Shown here piece after piece: positions 26,043 through 38,900 of a stretch of 64,000 nucleotides of DNA. The position numbers and the translations under genes are program-made. The notes below the pieces were generated by a model. The model had not been told where the DNA came from, did no database searches, and was given only the letters and a program-made list of their open reading frames with translations. This DNA is from Macrostomum hystrix (lineage: Eukaryota; Animalia; Platyhelminthes): NCBI GenBank assembly GCA_950097015.1, contig CATNEN010000038.1:13764001-13828000 (forward strand). The letters run 5' to 3'. Numbering within the stretch: position 1 is the first letter of the stretch; every line of letters starts with the position of its first letter.

Positions 26043-29000
26043 ATGTCGGATTTAAAGGGTGAAGTTGAGAAGCGTAAGGCTCAATTGGCAATTCTTCGAC
26101 GCCAGAAAGCTGATGCAGCTTCAGCAGCAGCGGAAGCTGCATCCAGTCCGCGTCGCCTGCCCCAGAAATCAGCGGCCAGCAATGAGGCCGCAGCTGAAGA
26201 TATTCTGCGTGAATTGGGCATCGACCCGACGCCGGGAGCTCCCGCTTTGAATTCTTTCAACTCTGCGGCAACAACTGGGGAAGCTCCATCGTTCACGTCA
26301 CCGTCTAGAATGCCCGAGCAGCAGCAGCCGCAGCAGCAGCTGAGGCGCCAGCGGCAGCACAAACTGGCTGTGTCGCATCTCACCCAGACAAGCGTGCCGC
26401 CATTACCTGGCGATGTACGGCCGGGGCACTATTGCAAGGAGACGCAGACTTTGGCCCCGCAGCGAGATCGGGACAGTGAGTGCCGCGTGTCCTGATAAAC
26501 TTTTCTCGATTTTCGACGCTTCTGAATACTATTGCTATGCTTGTTGTGACTCCTGATGTGCTTAAAAAGTACAACTATTATTGTAACTTTTTTTCAGGTC
26601 GTCTTTCGGAATCGCACGGTGAGCGATTTGCAGACTTCGATTGTAACATTTATGGTGCTGCAAATTTCAAATGAACGTTTTAATTTATTGACTTTTCCAG
26701 TTGACTCTCCAAGATTTCTGTCTACATTAGAATGGGATGACGAGTTCAATCACCAGATGATTCGTGAGTCGCTCATTAGAATTGAATTTTCATATCCCCA
26801 GTATAAACCTGCGGCTTCTCTTGCTTGTTCAGCATCTAAACTGTTTCGATAATTGAAAATGATGAAAATGATCAACTAGAAAGTATTAGTTAAGTAGAAT
26901 ATAAATTGGAGATGCTGGAAGAGACAGAGGTACCGTAGCAATAGGGAGCAGAAATAGAAACAGAAGATGTATCCGGATCCTTTGGTCATGCTCATCACTC
27001 GCTACTTAGTGCCCGAGTCGAACGGCTGCCCTTCCGGTTCCGACTTCGCGGACATCGCCTCGGCCGCCCTGGCGCAGCTGCGCTCCATCAACGGCCTCGC
27101 CGGTCTGTCATCCGAGGATTCCTTGGCCGGCGCCGCTGCTGGGACGCCGTCGACGCCGGCGCCGACGCCAACGACGCAGCAGTCGTCATCGACAACGGCC
27201 ACCCTGATTGATCTGCAGCAGCAGCAGCAGCAGCGACACTGCCGAGAACTGTCCGAGTCAGAGAGGCAGCAAATCTTATTGTCTGACGGATTCCAGGTGC
27301 GTTAGCGAAGCAGTGATTGGTGGGTGGGAGGCAGTGATTGGTGGGTAAGGAGGCAGTGATTGGTGGGTGGGAGGCAGTGATTGGTGGGTGGGAGGCAGTA
27401 ATTGGTGGGGGGGAGCCAGTGATTGGGTAAGGAGGCAGTGATTGGCGGGTGGGAGCCAGTGATTGGTGGGTAAGGAGGCAGTGATTGGTGGGTAAGGAGG
27501 CAGTGATTGGTGGGTAAGGAGGCAGTGATTGGTGGGTGGGAGGCAGTGATTGGCGGGTGGAAGGCAGGGTTCCAGCTATTGCAGCTGTCATTGTGGCTTT
27601 ACCGTGTCGACCTTTACTGCAGGTCTTTTTCGGTCGAGCCAGCCGGGTTGTTGAGCGAGCCCTAGCCGAGACGGAGGCCGAATATTTTGACACCGACGCA
27701 GACGGCGAGAGCGACGCCTACGATGAGGCGGCGGAGGCTGGCGTCTCGAGCGTTCGAGTCTGTCGAACGTTTCACGATGACAGGTAAGATCTGGAACAGG
27801 ATCCTTTCTCCGAGGCTCAGGAATCCCAAGCCACTATGCTCCTATTTCCAACTCGCAACTCCCTTTTCTCATTACTCTAATCTCCCACTGCTCTAATCTT
27901 CGATGTTTAAAATTTTCCTGTCCATCTAATCGCCCATTTTTCAAACTCCTATTATTTTAATATCCTATATATGTCTAATCTCCAATTGTTTTGATTCCCT
28001 ATTAGTCTAATCTTCCAATATTTAGATTCCCTGTCAGTCCAGTCTCCCATTACTCCCCACTATTAGGTGGACCCGCGGCCGCTGCGTCACAGCGCTGGAC
28101 TGGTCGCCGCACTACCAGGAGCTCTGTCTAGCCGCCTACTCCGAGTCCCAGTCGCACACGGGCGGAGACACAGACGGCGTCGTCTGCGTTTGGAATGCTC
28201 GCTACAGGTGCGACAGTCCCGAGTTCGCGCTCCACTGCCAGTCACCCGTCACTGCGGCCTGCTTTGCCGCATTCCAGCATTGCCTCATCATCGGCGGCAC
28301 CTACTCGGGCCAGCTGGTTCTTTGGGATACGAGAACACACAGGTATATCTGGGATCAGGATCTGGGATCAGGATCTGGGATCAGGATCTGGGATCAGGAT
28401 CTGGGATCAGGATCTGGGATCAGGATCTGGGATCAGGATCTGGGATCAGGATCTGGGATCAGGATCTGGGATCAGGATCTGGGATCAGGATCTGGGATCA
28501 GGATCTGGGATCAGGATCTGGGATCAGGATCTGGGATCAGGATCTGGGATCAGGATCTGGGATCAGGATCTGGGATCAGGATCTGGGATCAGGATCTGGG
28601 ATCAGGATCTGGGATCAGGATCTGGGATCAGGATCTGGGATCAGGATCTGGGATCAGGATCTGGGATCAGGATCTGGGATCAGGATCTGGGATCAGGATC
28701 TGGGATCAGGATCTGGGATCAGGATCTGGGATCAGGATCTGGGATCAGGATCTGGGATCAGGATCTGGGATCAGGATCTGGGATCAGGATCTGGGATCAG
28801 GATCTGGGATCAGGATCTGGGATCAGGATCTGGGATCAGGATCTGGGATCAGGATCTGGGATCAGGATCTGGGATCAGGATCTGGGATGCATAGAAAGAC
28901 TTACATAGAAAGTCTTACATACTCGTAGAGAGGCTTGCGTATGAACATGTTACTCTCGTTCTCATTTTGCGACAAAATGTTTGGCGCATTACCAGCCCGC

Positions 29001-30489
29001 TATTAATTTAAATCTATGTTTGCAATTTATTCCAAATAGTTTAAGTGAAGCCTAAAGTAGAATTTTTTGAGTCTGTGTGGATTACAAAGTTGCAATGGCC
29101 ACTCCACAGCTCATACTAATCTGCGCAGTCATTCTACATTGCCGCCTTGCAGTAAAGTGATTTTCGCAGTGAAATTCCCCCGGACTTGAAAACCCGTACT
29201 TGTTACATTTTGCCCAGAGTATGTGGCACCAATTTTAATCACGCCTCGATGCGCGAGTTTTATGATGACTGGCCTTAGCCAAACTGGAACCTGAAATAGC
29301 CCTATGAGGCTCCCATTGCTTATTTCAAAAACTTTGACATCTCTGCGGCCACCCGCGCAGGCGCACTCCAGTACAGCGCAGCCAGGTGGGAGCGCAGAGC
29401 CACACCGAGCCCTGCGTCTTCACCCGCGTGCTCGGCACCGAGCGGGCCAACTGCCTCGTTAGCCTGTGCAGCGATGCCCGACTGTGCACCTGGTCTGTGG
29501 AGTCCCTAGCTCAACCAGTTGAGACCTGCGACCTGCTGCTGGCCTCGGCCGGGCATGGCATGCGCAAAACTGCCGCCACCTGCCTGGAGATGCTGGACGC
29601 CAACCGGTTTGTGGCCGGCACTGAGGAGACCCTGCTGTGCGTCGGCTGCCGGCACGGCGTGCGGGCTGGGGTCGTGACCCCACTGGCTGCCGGTCACCAG
29701 GTTTGAAGGGTCTCACTTGTCTCGTGATCAGGTTGAGCTGACTCCCTCCTGCTCAGTCAGAGCTCAGGTTGAGCTGACTCCCTGCTGCTCAGTCAGAGCT
29801 CAGGTTGAGCTGACTCCCTCCTGCTCAGTCAGAGCTCAGGTTGAGCTGACTCCCTCATGCTCAGTCAGAGCTCAGGTTGAGCTGACTCCCTCATGCTCAG
29901 TCAGAGCTCAGGTTGAGCTGACTCCCTCATGCTCAGTCAGAGCTCAGGTTGAGCTGACTCCCTCATGCTCAGTCAGAGCTCAGGTTCAGCACAAAATATC
30001 CGCCCTTAAAAAACCCGGCAGGCTCCCGTCACCTCAGTGTCGGCCAATCCGTGCCCAGACCTGTCCCACGTTGTGCTGTCCTCCTCCATGGACTGGACGG
30101 CCCGGGTCTGGTCGCTGCGCGAGCCAACCGATCCGTCACTTGCTCTGGAATCCGCCGTTGACTACGTGATGGACGCCCGCTGGTCGCCGACACATCCGGG
30201 TCTGCTGTGCACAGCTGATGCAGCCGGCCAGCTGGATTTCTGGAGCCTGGGTGCCGATCCCGAGCAGCCGCTGGCTCGCTGCCAGCCAATGACGGGCGGC
30301 GAAAACGGTGCGAGCGGAACCGGTTTGAACCGGTGCTGCTTTAATCGCACCGGCGGCGTCCTGACCGCAGGCGATCATATGGGCCGGGTGGCCCTGCTGG
30401 AACTGTCCGAGGCGCTGGCATCGCCGCGGCCCACTGAGGCTCAGCTGGTGCTGCGGGCTCTGCAAGAGGCAAAGCAGGCCCGGGTCTGA
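26043..30489 (+). CDS. DYNC1I: Cytoplasmic dynein 1 intermediate chain, up to about 682 aa
   Basis: Exons 26043-26475, (26598-26618), (26701-26763), 27010-27296, 27623-27783, 28067-28342, 29361-29700, 30022-30489. N-terminal MSDLKGEVEKRK helix, LC8 motif KETQT, roadblock region RVVERAL, WD40 repeats (GTYSGQLVLWD, RTPVQRS, SSMDWT, DYVMDARWSPTHP). Confidence 0.95.
27311..27562. repeat. 21/22-bp G-rich array (GGCAGTGATTGGTGGGTGGGA), dynein IC intron
   Basis: Read directly; starts about 14 nt after the donor at 27297. Confidence 0.93.
28347..28888. repeat. Perfect 13-bp array (GGGATCAGGATCT), about 41 copies, dynein IC intron
   Basis: Read directly; starts 4 nt after the donor at 28343. Confidence 0.97.
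29729..29987. repeat. 36-bp array (CAGGTTGAGCTGACTCCCTCCTGCTCAGTCAGAGCT), about 7 copies, last dynein IC intron
   Basis: Read directly; fills most of intron 29701-30021. Confidence 0.95.
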
Positions 30490-30550
30490 TGACGAATCCG
30501 ACTCCCAGTCGGCAGGCCTCTGAGCAACGATATGCGATTTCAAATTAGTA

Positions 30551-30986
30551 TTGGATTTCCAATCGGAATGTAATTTCCAATGAGTATGTGTTTTTTATTT
30601 AGGTATGGGATTTACAATGGTATGGGATTTCCAATGGTATGGGATTTCCAATGGTATGGGATTTCCAATGGTATGGGATTTCCAGTGGTATGGGATTTCC
30701 AATGGATATGGGATTTCCAATGGTATGGGATTTCCAATGGTATGGGATTTCCAATGGTATGGGATTTCCACTGGTATGGGATTTCCAATGGATATGGGAT
30801 TTCCGATTGAGATGGGATTTCCAATCGGTATGGGATTTCCAGCAGGTATGGGATTTCCAATAGGCATGGGATTTCCAATAGGTATGGGATTTCTAATCCG
30901 TATGGGATTTCCAATCCGTATGGGATTGTCATTAACTACGGGGTTTCTAATTGGTATTGATTTCCAGTATGTAATGGATTTCCAAT
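30551..30986. repeat. 17/18-bp array (GGTATGGGATTTCCAAT) just after the dynein IC stop codon
   Basis: Read directly; degenerates at both edges. Confidence 0.93.
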
Positions 30987-32934
30987 CTGTCAGATTTCGC
31001 AAGTCGAGAGGCTTGTGCTTGTTTTGTCAGAACTATGAGCCAGTAAAGCTGTTTGCAATTCCTGTACTTCAGTTGTCTGAATGCTCTGTTCACTAAAGTG
31101 CAATAGTGATATTAATTAGCGCAAACATTATCCTCAACAACCTGCTTATTCTCAGTTTTTTGTTTGTCTCGCATTGTTTTTGTTATTGTAAAGCTGCTGT
31201 TGTACACCGGATGCGATTCGCGATCGATAACTATTTGACTCAGTATTTGACTTGATATTATATTATATCATTGTCTTTATAGTTGACTAGTCATGTTTGA
31301 TTTTTTGTGTCTACTGCTGCCTCACAAATACTCGTCAAGTGTTTCTCTGTCAGTTGGCCAACTGAGGGTATTACAGCTTGCTAAGGACTAAGGCGGAGAT
31401 AAGAGTTCATTCGATTTAGCATTACCCTTTTACATTTCTTCTATCTGTTGAATCTCGTCTGTCTTCTTTTAGCATGTTTTTTGTGATTTATAAATTATTT
31501 CTATATAAATAAGATTACTATTATGTAGTTCATTGGTTATCATTCTAGCTGTTTACTATAATATAGCAATTTTTATTATTACTTTATTTACCAGCTTCCA
31601 TTCATTGGCTAGCTTGAATCAAGATGTGCATGTACTGCATGTAGCTGAGCTTGCTTCAAAAGCAACTAAATCCAAGCATGTCTCAATGTTGCCATGCTTC
31701 ATTTTCGCATGCAATTATATACACTAGCGTATATATAGTCGCAATTTTACGTTTGCTTTCTATTGGCTCATTCGTTTTATTCAAAGTGACATCGAAATTT
31801 TACTTAAAGTGCTCTATTAAGAATACAAAACCGTCAAGTTATTTTATATACCTTAATAAGGATAACAAAAGCATGGTCTGACTGGTACGTTTAGAATGCA
31901 TATACTTAGTCTCAATGTCATCGTCGATTCTACGTAGTGCGACACAAGCACTCGTTTTTTGCATTGGGAAACTTTTTCGTTGGTATAATGTAATTGTAGC
32001 TTATACGTCATAATATTTTGTGCAACTTATCTAGTTAAGAATTATACTTATTCGATACGAGAACACCTGCAATTGTTGATAATATTTTTCTTAGGCACAC
32101 TGCCATTTGGAGTTCAAACTACGAGTAGAACTTCGATTATTATACTTTCTACAGTTTCTTACTTCGTGTTTAGTATTGTACTTAATTTATGTATATGATT
32201 TCTTTACTGGACTCACGTTTGGGGAATTTTTCAGTGGAAGTCCTTCTTTTTTGAGTTGTTAATCTTCACCATAAAGAAAGAAAAGAAATAGTCAAAGACA
32301 CAGAATTTTTGCTCTAATGAAATGTACTCAAAATTAGTTTTGTTGACTAGTGGCCCTGCTGGAACTGTGGTAGCTCCAATTAGTGTCATAGTGTAATGTT
32401 CACAAATGTTCACCTGGTGAGCAGCAGTGGTGATAAGACATGCCTTTTGCGTAACCTCTTGAGAAAGTACTAAATTTACATCAAACTCACCTTTAAAAAC
32501 TTAGAGCATTATAAATTCTCGAAGTTATTGCACTTGACCTTGAAATTGCAGCAATTGTTCATTTTATTTGATGCCGTTGTGAGGCAAATATTCCATTTGT
32601 GGTAACTTATATTGTTAATTAAAATTAATTGACTAAAATTTTAATATAAAGATAGCATAAATTATTTTATAATCTGATATTTCTGATTCTGCTGCTTATT
32701 GTTGTTTTTTGTTTATGTATTTGCTAATTTCCAGCAGAAATACAAAATCGGCAATTCAAAGAACTATTTTATGCCAACTCAAGTCAACATATTTTTACCC
32801 ACGACTTGAGTATTGCGAAGAAACGAACTTCACTTCGAAGCATCATCTTAAAAATAAAAAAAACCTTTTAGTGACAGTTTTTTGTTCGTAATTAGGAAAT
32901 TAATTCAGTTATTGCTGAACAATACAGTGCAGGC

Positions 32935-35900
32935 ATGAAAAAGTTATTAGTGAATACAATAATATGTGTTGCATTAATATCACAAATATCTGCACCTGCA
33001 GTCCCCAGTGGAAATAGTAAGTGCTGTTATAGGCTTTTCCTAAAGTCTTTTGATATATTGTATAAGACTAACCAACCAATATAACCAACAATATAACCAA
33101 CATACTTATTTCTTTGTGGATTAAGGTCTCAACATTTATACAACTCCATGTTAGTAGTATGACTATGAGCATAGGCCCTATGCATATGCATATTTTGTTT
33201 AGGATTGCTTGCTAAATTATCTCACATGGTCTTAGAACTCAGATTCAAAAGTAAAAATAGCATTTTTAATATTTTTTCAACCATTGTTTTTATTTTAACT
33301 TATATTATAATTGTTTTCAAAAAAATTATAGTTATAGAGCAACTAATTGATATTCGAAGATATAAAATAATTATATGTAGCACTAAGTGATATTTATATC
33401 TATTTTTTTTGTTACCTTAGCCCCTTTTTAAATATAGCTACTATAGCTACTAGCTACTATATCCAAAAAACCTTCAGAACACACTTTGAAAGTTTATTCA
33501 GCTATTCAGTAGCAAATCATTGGTAAAACAATTTGTCCCAAATATTATTTTAAAGCAATGTTTGGCGTCAGAGTCAGGCATACACTCTGGCTTATGAGTT
33601 TGTATTTTTTTTGTTTAACATGAACAATGTCTATCAGAAAGTGTCTGTCAGGGAACCTATCATACATGCGCAACACCCGGCTGACCCAGCCAAACCGGCC
33701 AGGTGAAACAAGGGCCAAGCAAGGTAAGTCACAAAAACCAATCAAGCAAGTGCAAAAAAATCAAAGGGGAGACCAAGGGACAAAAAAGGAAGGTGTGAAG
33801 AAGGGGAAAAAGGAGAGAGAAAAATAGAGCAAATGAGAGCCAACTAAGTCGTAAATAGAGCAAAAACTAAGTCACACAGCCGGCTAAGATTTGGGAAGTT
33901 GCACATGTATGGAACCTATGGATACTGTATTTGCACATATTAACCTTAAATGCACAAACTAAAAAACATATTATAACTTAGGCTTCCTACACTTGAGTTT
34001 ATTAGTGGTCTTTTACTAGTCTTTAAATCTTTACTAATGTTATCTAAGTTTAAAAGTCTTCACTTTATTTGCAATGCAACCCCACCATGCCACAAGCAAT
34101 TTAAATATTTTCAGCGCCAGCCTAGCACATTTCTTTTTAAGTCAGCTGAGAAGGAAGATGATAGGATCCGTTGATTGTACAACAGAAGGAAGGATTCAGA
34201 GGAGTCAAAGTCTAACAGCTGAATCACTGACACTCCACACTTAACATATATGCCCCCCAAGTTGGCCAACCCCAAATTGGAAACAAACATTGTGCAGGCC
34301 CAGTCAGAGAACTCCATGGAACTCAATCACAGCCCAAAGTACATCAATCACACTAGCTTAGCATCTACTATGAACTGTACATCTCCCCAGGATCTAGTAA
34401 ATGATAAAACCAAATATAGATGACAACATTGGAAGGAGACACTGACACTAATAGACAAAAACGACAAAAGCATGTTTTTTAAATAGCATGTACAGATGCA
34501 TGTAGATGCAGAAAACATCATCCAAGAAGATTTCCTTGCATTTGTTCATATCAGAGACCAGTCTGGTGCAGCCAGCTCTGCCTAATTTTTTTAATTCTGC
34601 CATCGACCATCACGAGCTTGTCAGCCAAGGTTACTATGGCGCCGCTGCTATGTGGGGCAAGTTCAATGGTGTGCAAGCATATGTGCAGCAGAGTTGCCCA
34701 GCAGCCCACTACATTTACTGCGCTAGCCATTGTCTGAATCTTGTGCTCGTCCACGCCTGCCTAGTGTCAAATCTTCGCGATGCTCTCGGTGTTGTGACAA
34801 AAGTAAACTGATCAACTTTTTTCAACGTAACACCAACGCGCCTGGAGCTGTTTAAGGGAATTGCCAGCCAAAATGTCAGTACTGGTCGCAAACAAAGATT
34901 GTAGACTCTGTGTGAAACTCGATGGATTGAAACGACACGACACGGTGCTAGTCTTCTCTCAGCATTTTGTCTTTATTGTCGAGTTCTGCGAGTTCAGCTC
35001 TGCACTTGACTCGCGAACATGAACTAAGGTGCACAGTCTGAAGGAGACCGAGCAATCTTTTGGAAGTGTATGGTTGGCCGCATGCGAAGCGGCAGCTGCA
35101 GCAGATGTTGAGTTGCGCGCTCCACGCCGTGTTGCACGAGCCGGACAGCTACATCACAGTAAAACGCCTGAAGAGCACTTTCGGCTAAGCGCTTACTGTC
35201 CATTCCTGCAGCAGATCCTGGCTCAGTTCGACTGGCGCTTCAATGAACAAATTTCTGTGTCTAACTAACCTAGAACACAGCGATGCCGACACAGCGATCA
35301 CGTTCCTTGCCGACTGCGACGCGAATTTATTTCCCAATACTTTCACACTGCTAAAAATTTGTCTGTGGAGAGATCATTCTCCAGCCTTTCCATACTTAAA
35401 ACGTACTTGCGTGCCACAATTGATAAACCAAGGCTCGTTGGCTTGGCATTTCAGTGCATCCACTCCGACATTGCACTCGATCGGATCGGTTCATCAATTG
35501 ATTTTTAATAAGCAGCCGCCGCACAGATTTAGCCGTGCAAATAAAAAATGTTCTTTATCACAAACTACCGCCCAGCACCAGCCTGTAGGTGGCTGACTGT
35601 TGCTCGCCAAAGCTTTTTAGTCACTCGAATGCTTTTTCAAATAGTCACCCCGTTTGAGAATGGAGAATTATAAATAATTGATTTCAAGAAACCTTTTCTT
35701 TTGGTCAATTCGGTTGCAGCAGAATGCCTTTGCTTGGATTATAAACGTTAGACATTAAGCTATAGATGACAAAATGTGTTTGAAAATCTAGCAAGCTTGT
35801 TTGCACGCAGCCCGGACCATATATACTATATTAAATGTTCTGTGGTGGCCCACCTTGTTCTTCAGTCCTAGCGCCCCCATGTGTGACTGTCACTTGCGCC

Positions 35901-38900
35901 CGCCAGTCCACCCCACAAACAGAATTCCTAGATCCACCCCTGTAAGTACCCATGTAAGAGAGTACAAAACACAGAAAGGAAGTTTATTTACGAGTATGTT
36001 CTGCAAAGTCGCCAATTTTTGTGTGGATTAAGTTACATTTTATTTTAATTTGCTCTACATGCTTTAGTAGAGGATTAGTATGTAAATAATGTTTAGTATG
36101 ATCAGTAAAATGGTAATTTAAACGCATTAGTAGTAGTCAGTAGCAATGGACTCAATAGTGTAAGTGCCAAAATGAGTCTAACAGTGATTATAACGATTGT
36201 AACGATTTAAGTTTTGCAAACTTATATTTTTTTGAAGTTACATTTATCATTTATAATTACCAGAAAACGAAGGCAACCGTGACCATATATTTGATTTCAA
36301 AACATTACTCTAGAATTTTTTTCGAAAATGTTTAGCAAAACTAGCAAAACTAAAAAAATACACATTTCTAACAACAAGGCTTGTAAGACTCAACTGTATA
36401 GCCGTACTTTGCTTTGCTTTCCCATTCAAATCAACTGCAGAAGGAACAACTAGACCTGCTGTGTTGCCTAATACAGACCATCTGCAAGTAACTGACACCA
36501 CCTCAAATGCAACTTCTGCTGCATCTGCTGTCTCACCAACCAAACCAACTGTTGCTTCTAGCTCTGTTAGTGGCATTGCTGCTACTCACGCTAGTAGTAC
36601 CCCTACAAAAAATTCTGCGCTAAATAAAACCGAATCAAAGGCCAATGTTTCGGCTAGTGCAGCTTCGTCGCACTCTGTGCATTCCAATATAACTACTGAA
36701 AGTAGCACTAGTCGGGTTCATGCCTCTGCCGGCGCTACCACCGATGCCACCACTGCTAGCGGGGCGAAGACCGGCAGTTTGTTGTCGACCCATTCAGAGA
36801 CCTCGAAAACTGCTGGGGCTGGCGCTGCTACTTCAGCTGTGACTGCTGTGGCATCTGCAACTGAAACCAGCGCAGTCACCACTGCTACTAAGACAACTTT
36901 CTCTACGACTCAGAAGGCATCGAAAGTTGATTCAGAGAAGGATAAAAGCAGCGATTTGGGTGGCAGCAAAGTGAATCCTAATTCCCAGTCTGGTAAGTTC
37001 GTTGGCAAGTAGTTGTGCCGTGTAGAATTGAATACATTAATGATTTCCTGTTCATCGTCTATTGTGTCAGGTGGCAAGCAGCCCACTGACTTGAGTCGCG
37101 GGCAGAATAGTGCAAGCAGCTCAGACGATGCTGGGTCTAACCACTTCATAGTCTATATGCTGGTTGCCATCTTCCTCTTTGGCGGCCTGTACGTTATCTA
37201 TCACAAGAAGCAGAAGGTAAGCCCGATTTCTGTGCTTGAGAGTGGAGCATTGGATGTGACAAATGGTAAAATAATAGAGAGAGTGAGGTCGCAGGGTGTG
37301 ATGGCTGATCGGAGAGGCGGGTAGACAGGATACAGGGTGTGATGGCTGATCAGAGAGGCGGGTAGACAGGATACAGGGTGTGATGGCTGATCAGGGAGGC
37401 GGGTAGACAGGATACAGGGTGTGATGGCTGATCAGGGAGGCGGGTAGACAGGATACAGGGTGTGATGGCTGATCGGAGAGGCGGGTAGACAGGATACAGG
37501 GTGTGATGGCTGATCAGGGAGGCGGGTAGACAGGATACAGGGTGTGATGGCTGATCAGGGAGGCAGGGAGAAAGAGGTCGCAGGGTGTGATGGCTGATCA
37601 GAGACAGGGAGAGAGGTCGCAGGGTGTGATGGCTGATCAGAGACAGGGAGAGAGGTCGCAGGGTGTGATGGCTGATCAGAGAGGCAGGGAGAAAGAGGTC
37701 GCAGGGTGTGATGGCTGATCAGAGACAGGGAGAGAGGTCGCAGGGTGTGATGGCTGATCAGAGACAGGGAGAGAGGTCGCAGGGTGTGATGGCTGATCAG
37801 AGAGGCAGGGAGAAAGAGGTCGCAGGGTGTGATGGCTGATCAGAGACAGGGAGAGAGGTCGCAGGGTGTGATGGCTGATCAGAGAGGCAGGGAGAAAGAG
37901 GTCGCAGGGTGTGATGGCTGATCAGAGACAGGGAGAGAGGTCGCAGGGTGTGATGGCTGATCAGAGAGGCAGGGAGAAAGAGGTCGCAGGGTGTGATGGC
38001 TGATCAGAGAGGCAGGGAGAGAGGTCGCAGGGTGTGATGGCTGATCAGAAAGGCAGGGAGAGTGAGGACACAGGATGAGACAACTCAAATACTCACTTGA
38101 TTAGAGAAAAAAAGAATTTTCGCTTTTACTAGCTCAGTTAATCTTCAGATGTGGTTTGTAACAGTAAAAGTAAAAGTAAAGTGAAGTAAAGTAAAGTAAA
38201 TTAAAAGTAATTTGTTTTTTTATGCTTCTTGTTCACTAATTCGAATGCTTTTGTCAATTTAATTTTTTCGACAGATCATGAGAACAGTAAGACTCCTTCA
38301 TTTGTTTCCCAATAATTTGCTGTTGTCGTGAAAACTAAGTTTCTAGTTTTTAACTGCTCCCAGTCCCAATAGACTAACATTCGCTTGTACACATTTTTCA
38401 CACCACTGATTGCCTTGTTGTAATCACCGAATTATACGAGGGGTGTTGCAAAAGTTTCCGGACTAATGCTAATCCTGGTGACAATTCGTGTTTGATTTGG
38501 CTGAAAATTGATGTCTATGGTATTAAGCCGTAGAAAAGACTTCCTAAAATTTTATGCAGCTCAGTCAACCACAGCATACATGAGGGCCAAAATAGGTTGC
38601 AACCCTATGAAGCTGTTGACACGATTTTTCACAAACCAAAAGTGAGCGAAAATGAGTCGACCGAAGAATCCATCGGAGTTCGGGTCTAAGAAAGCCAGCT
38701 TCCAACGACTGCTGAACCACCCAGCCTAAAGTCCCGATCTCACCGTCGCCGATTTCCACCTCTTTGGCCCAATGAAGATGCCAATGTGGGGCGAGATCTT
38801 CACAATGCGCGAGGAGGTCATCGAAGCAGCCAACAAGTCTCTACGTCAGTTCGATGCCAGCTTCTGGGAGTCTGGCTTCGACAAGCTGATTCAGCGCTAC

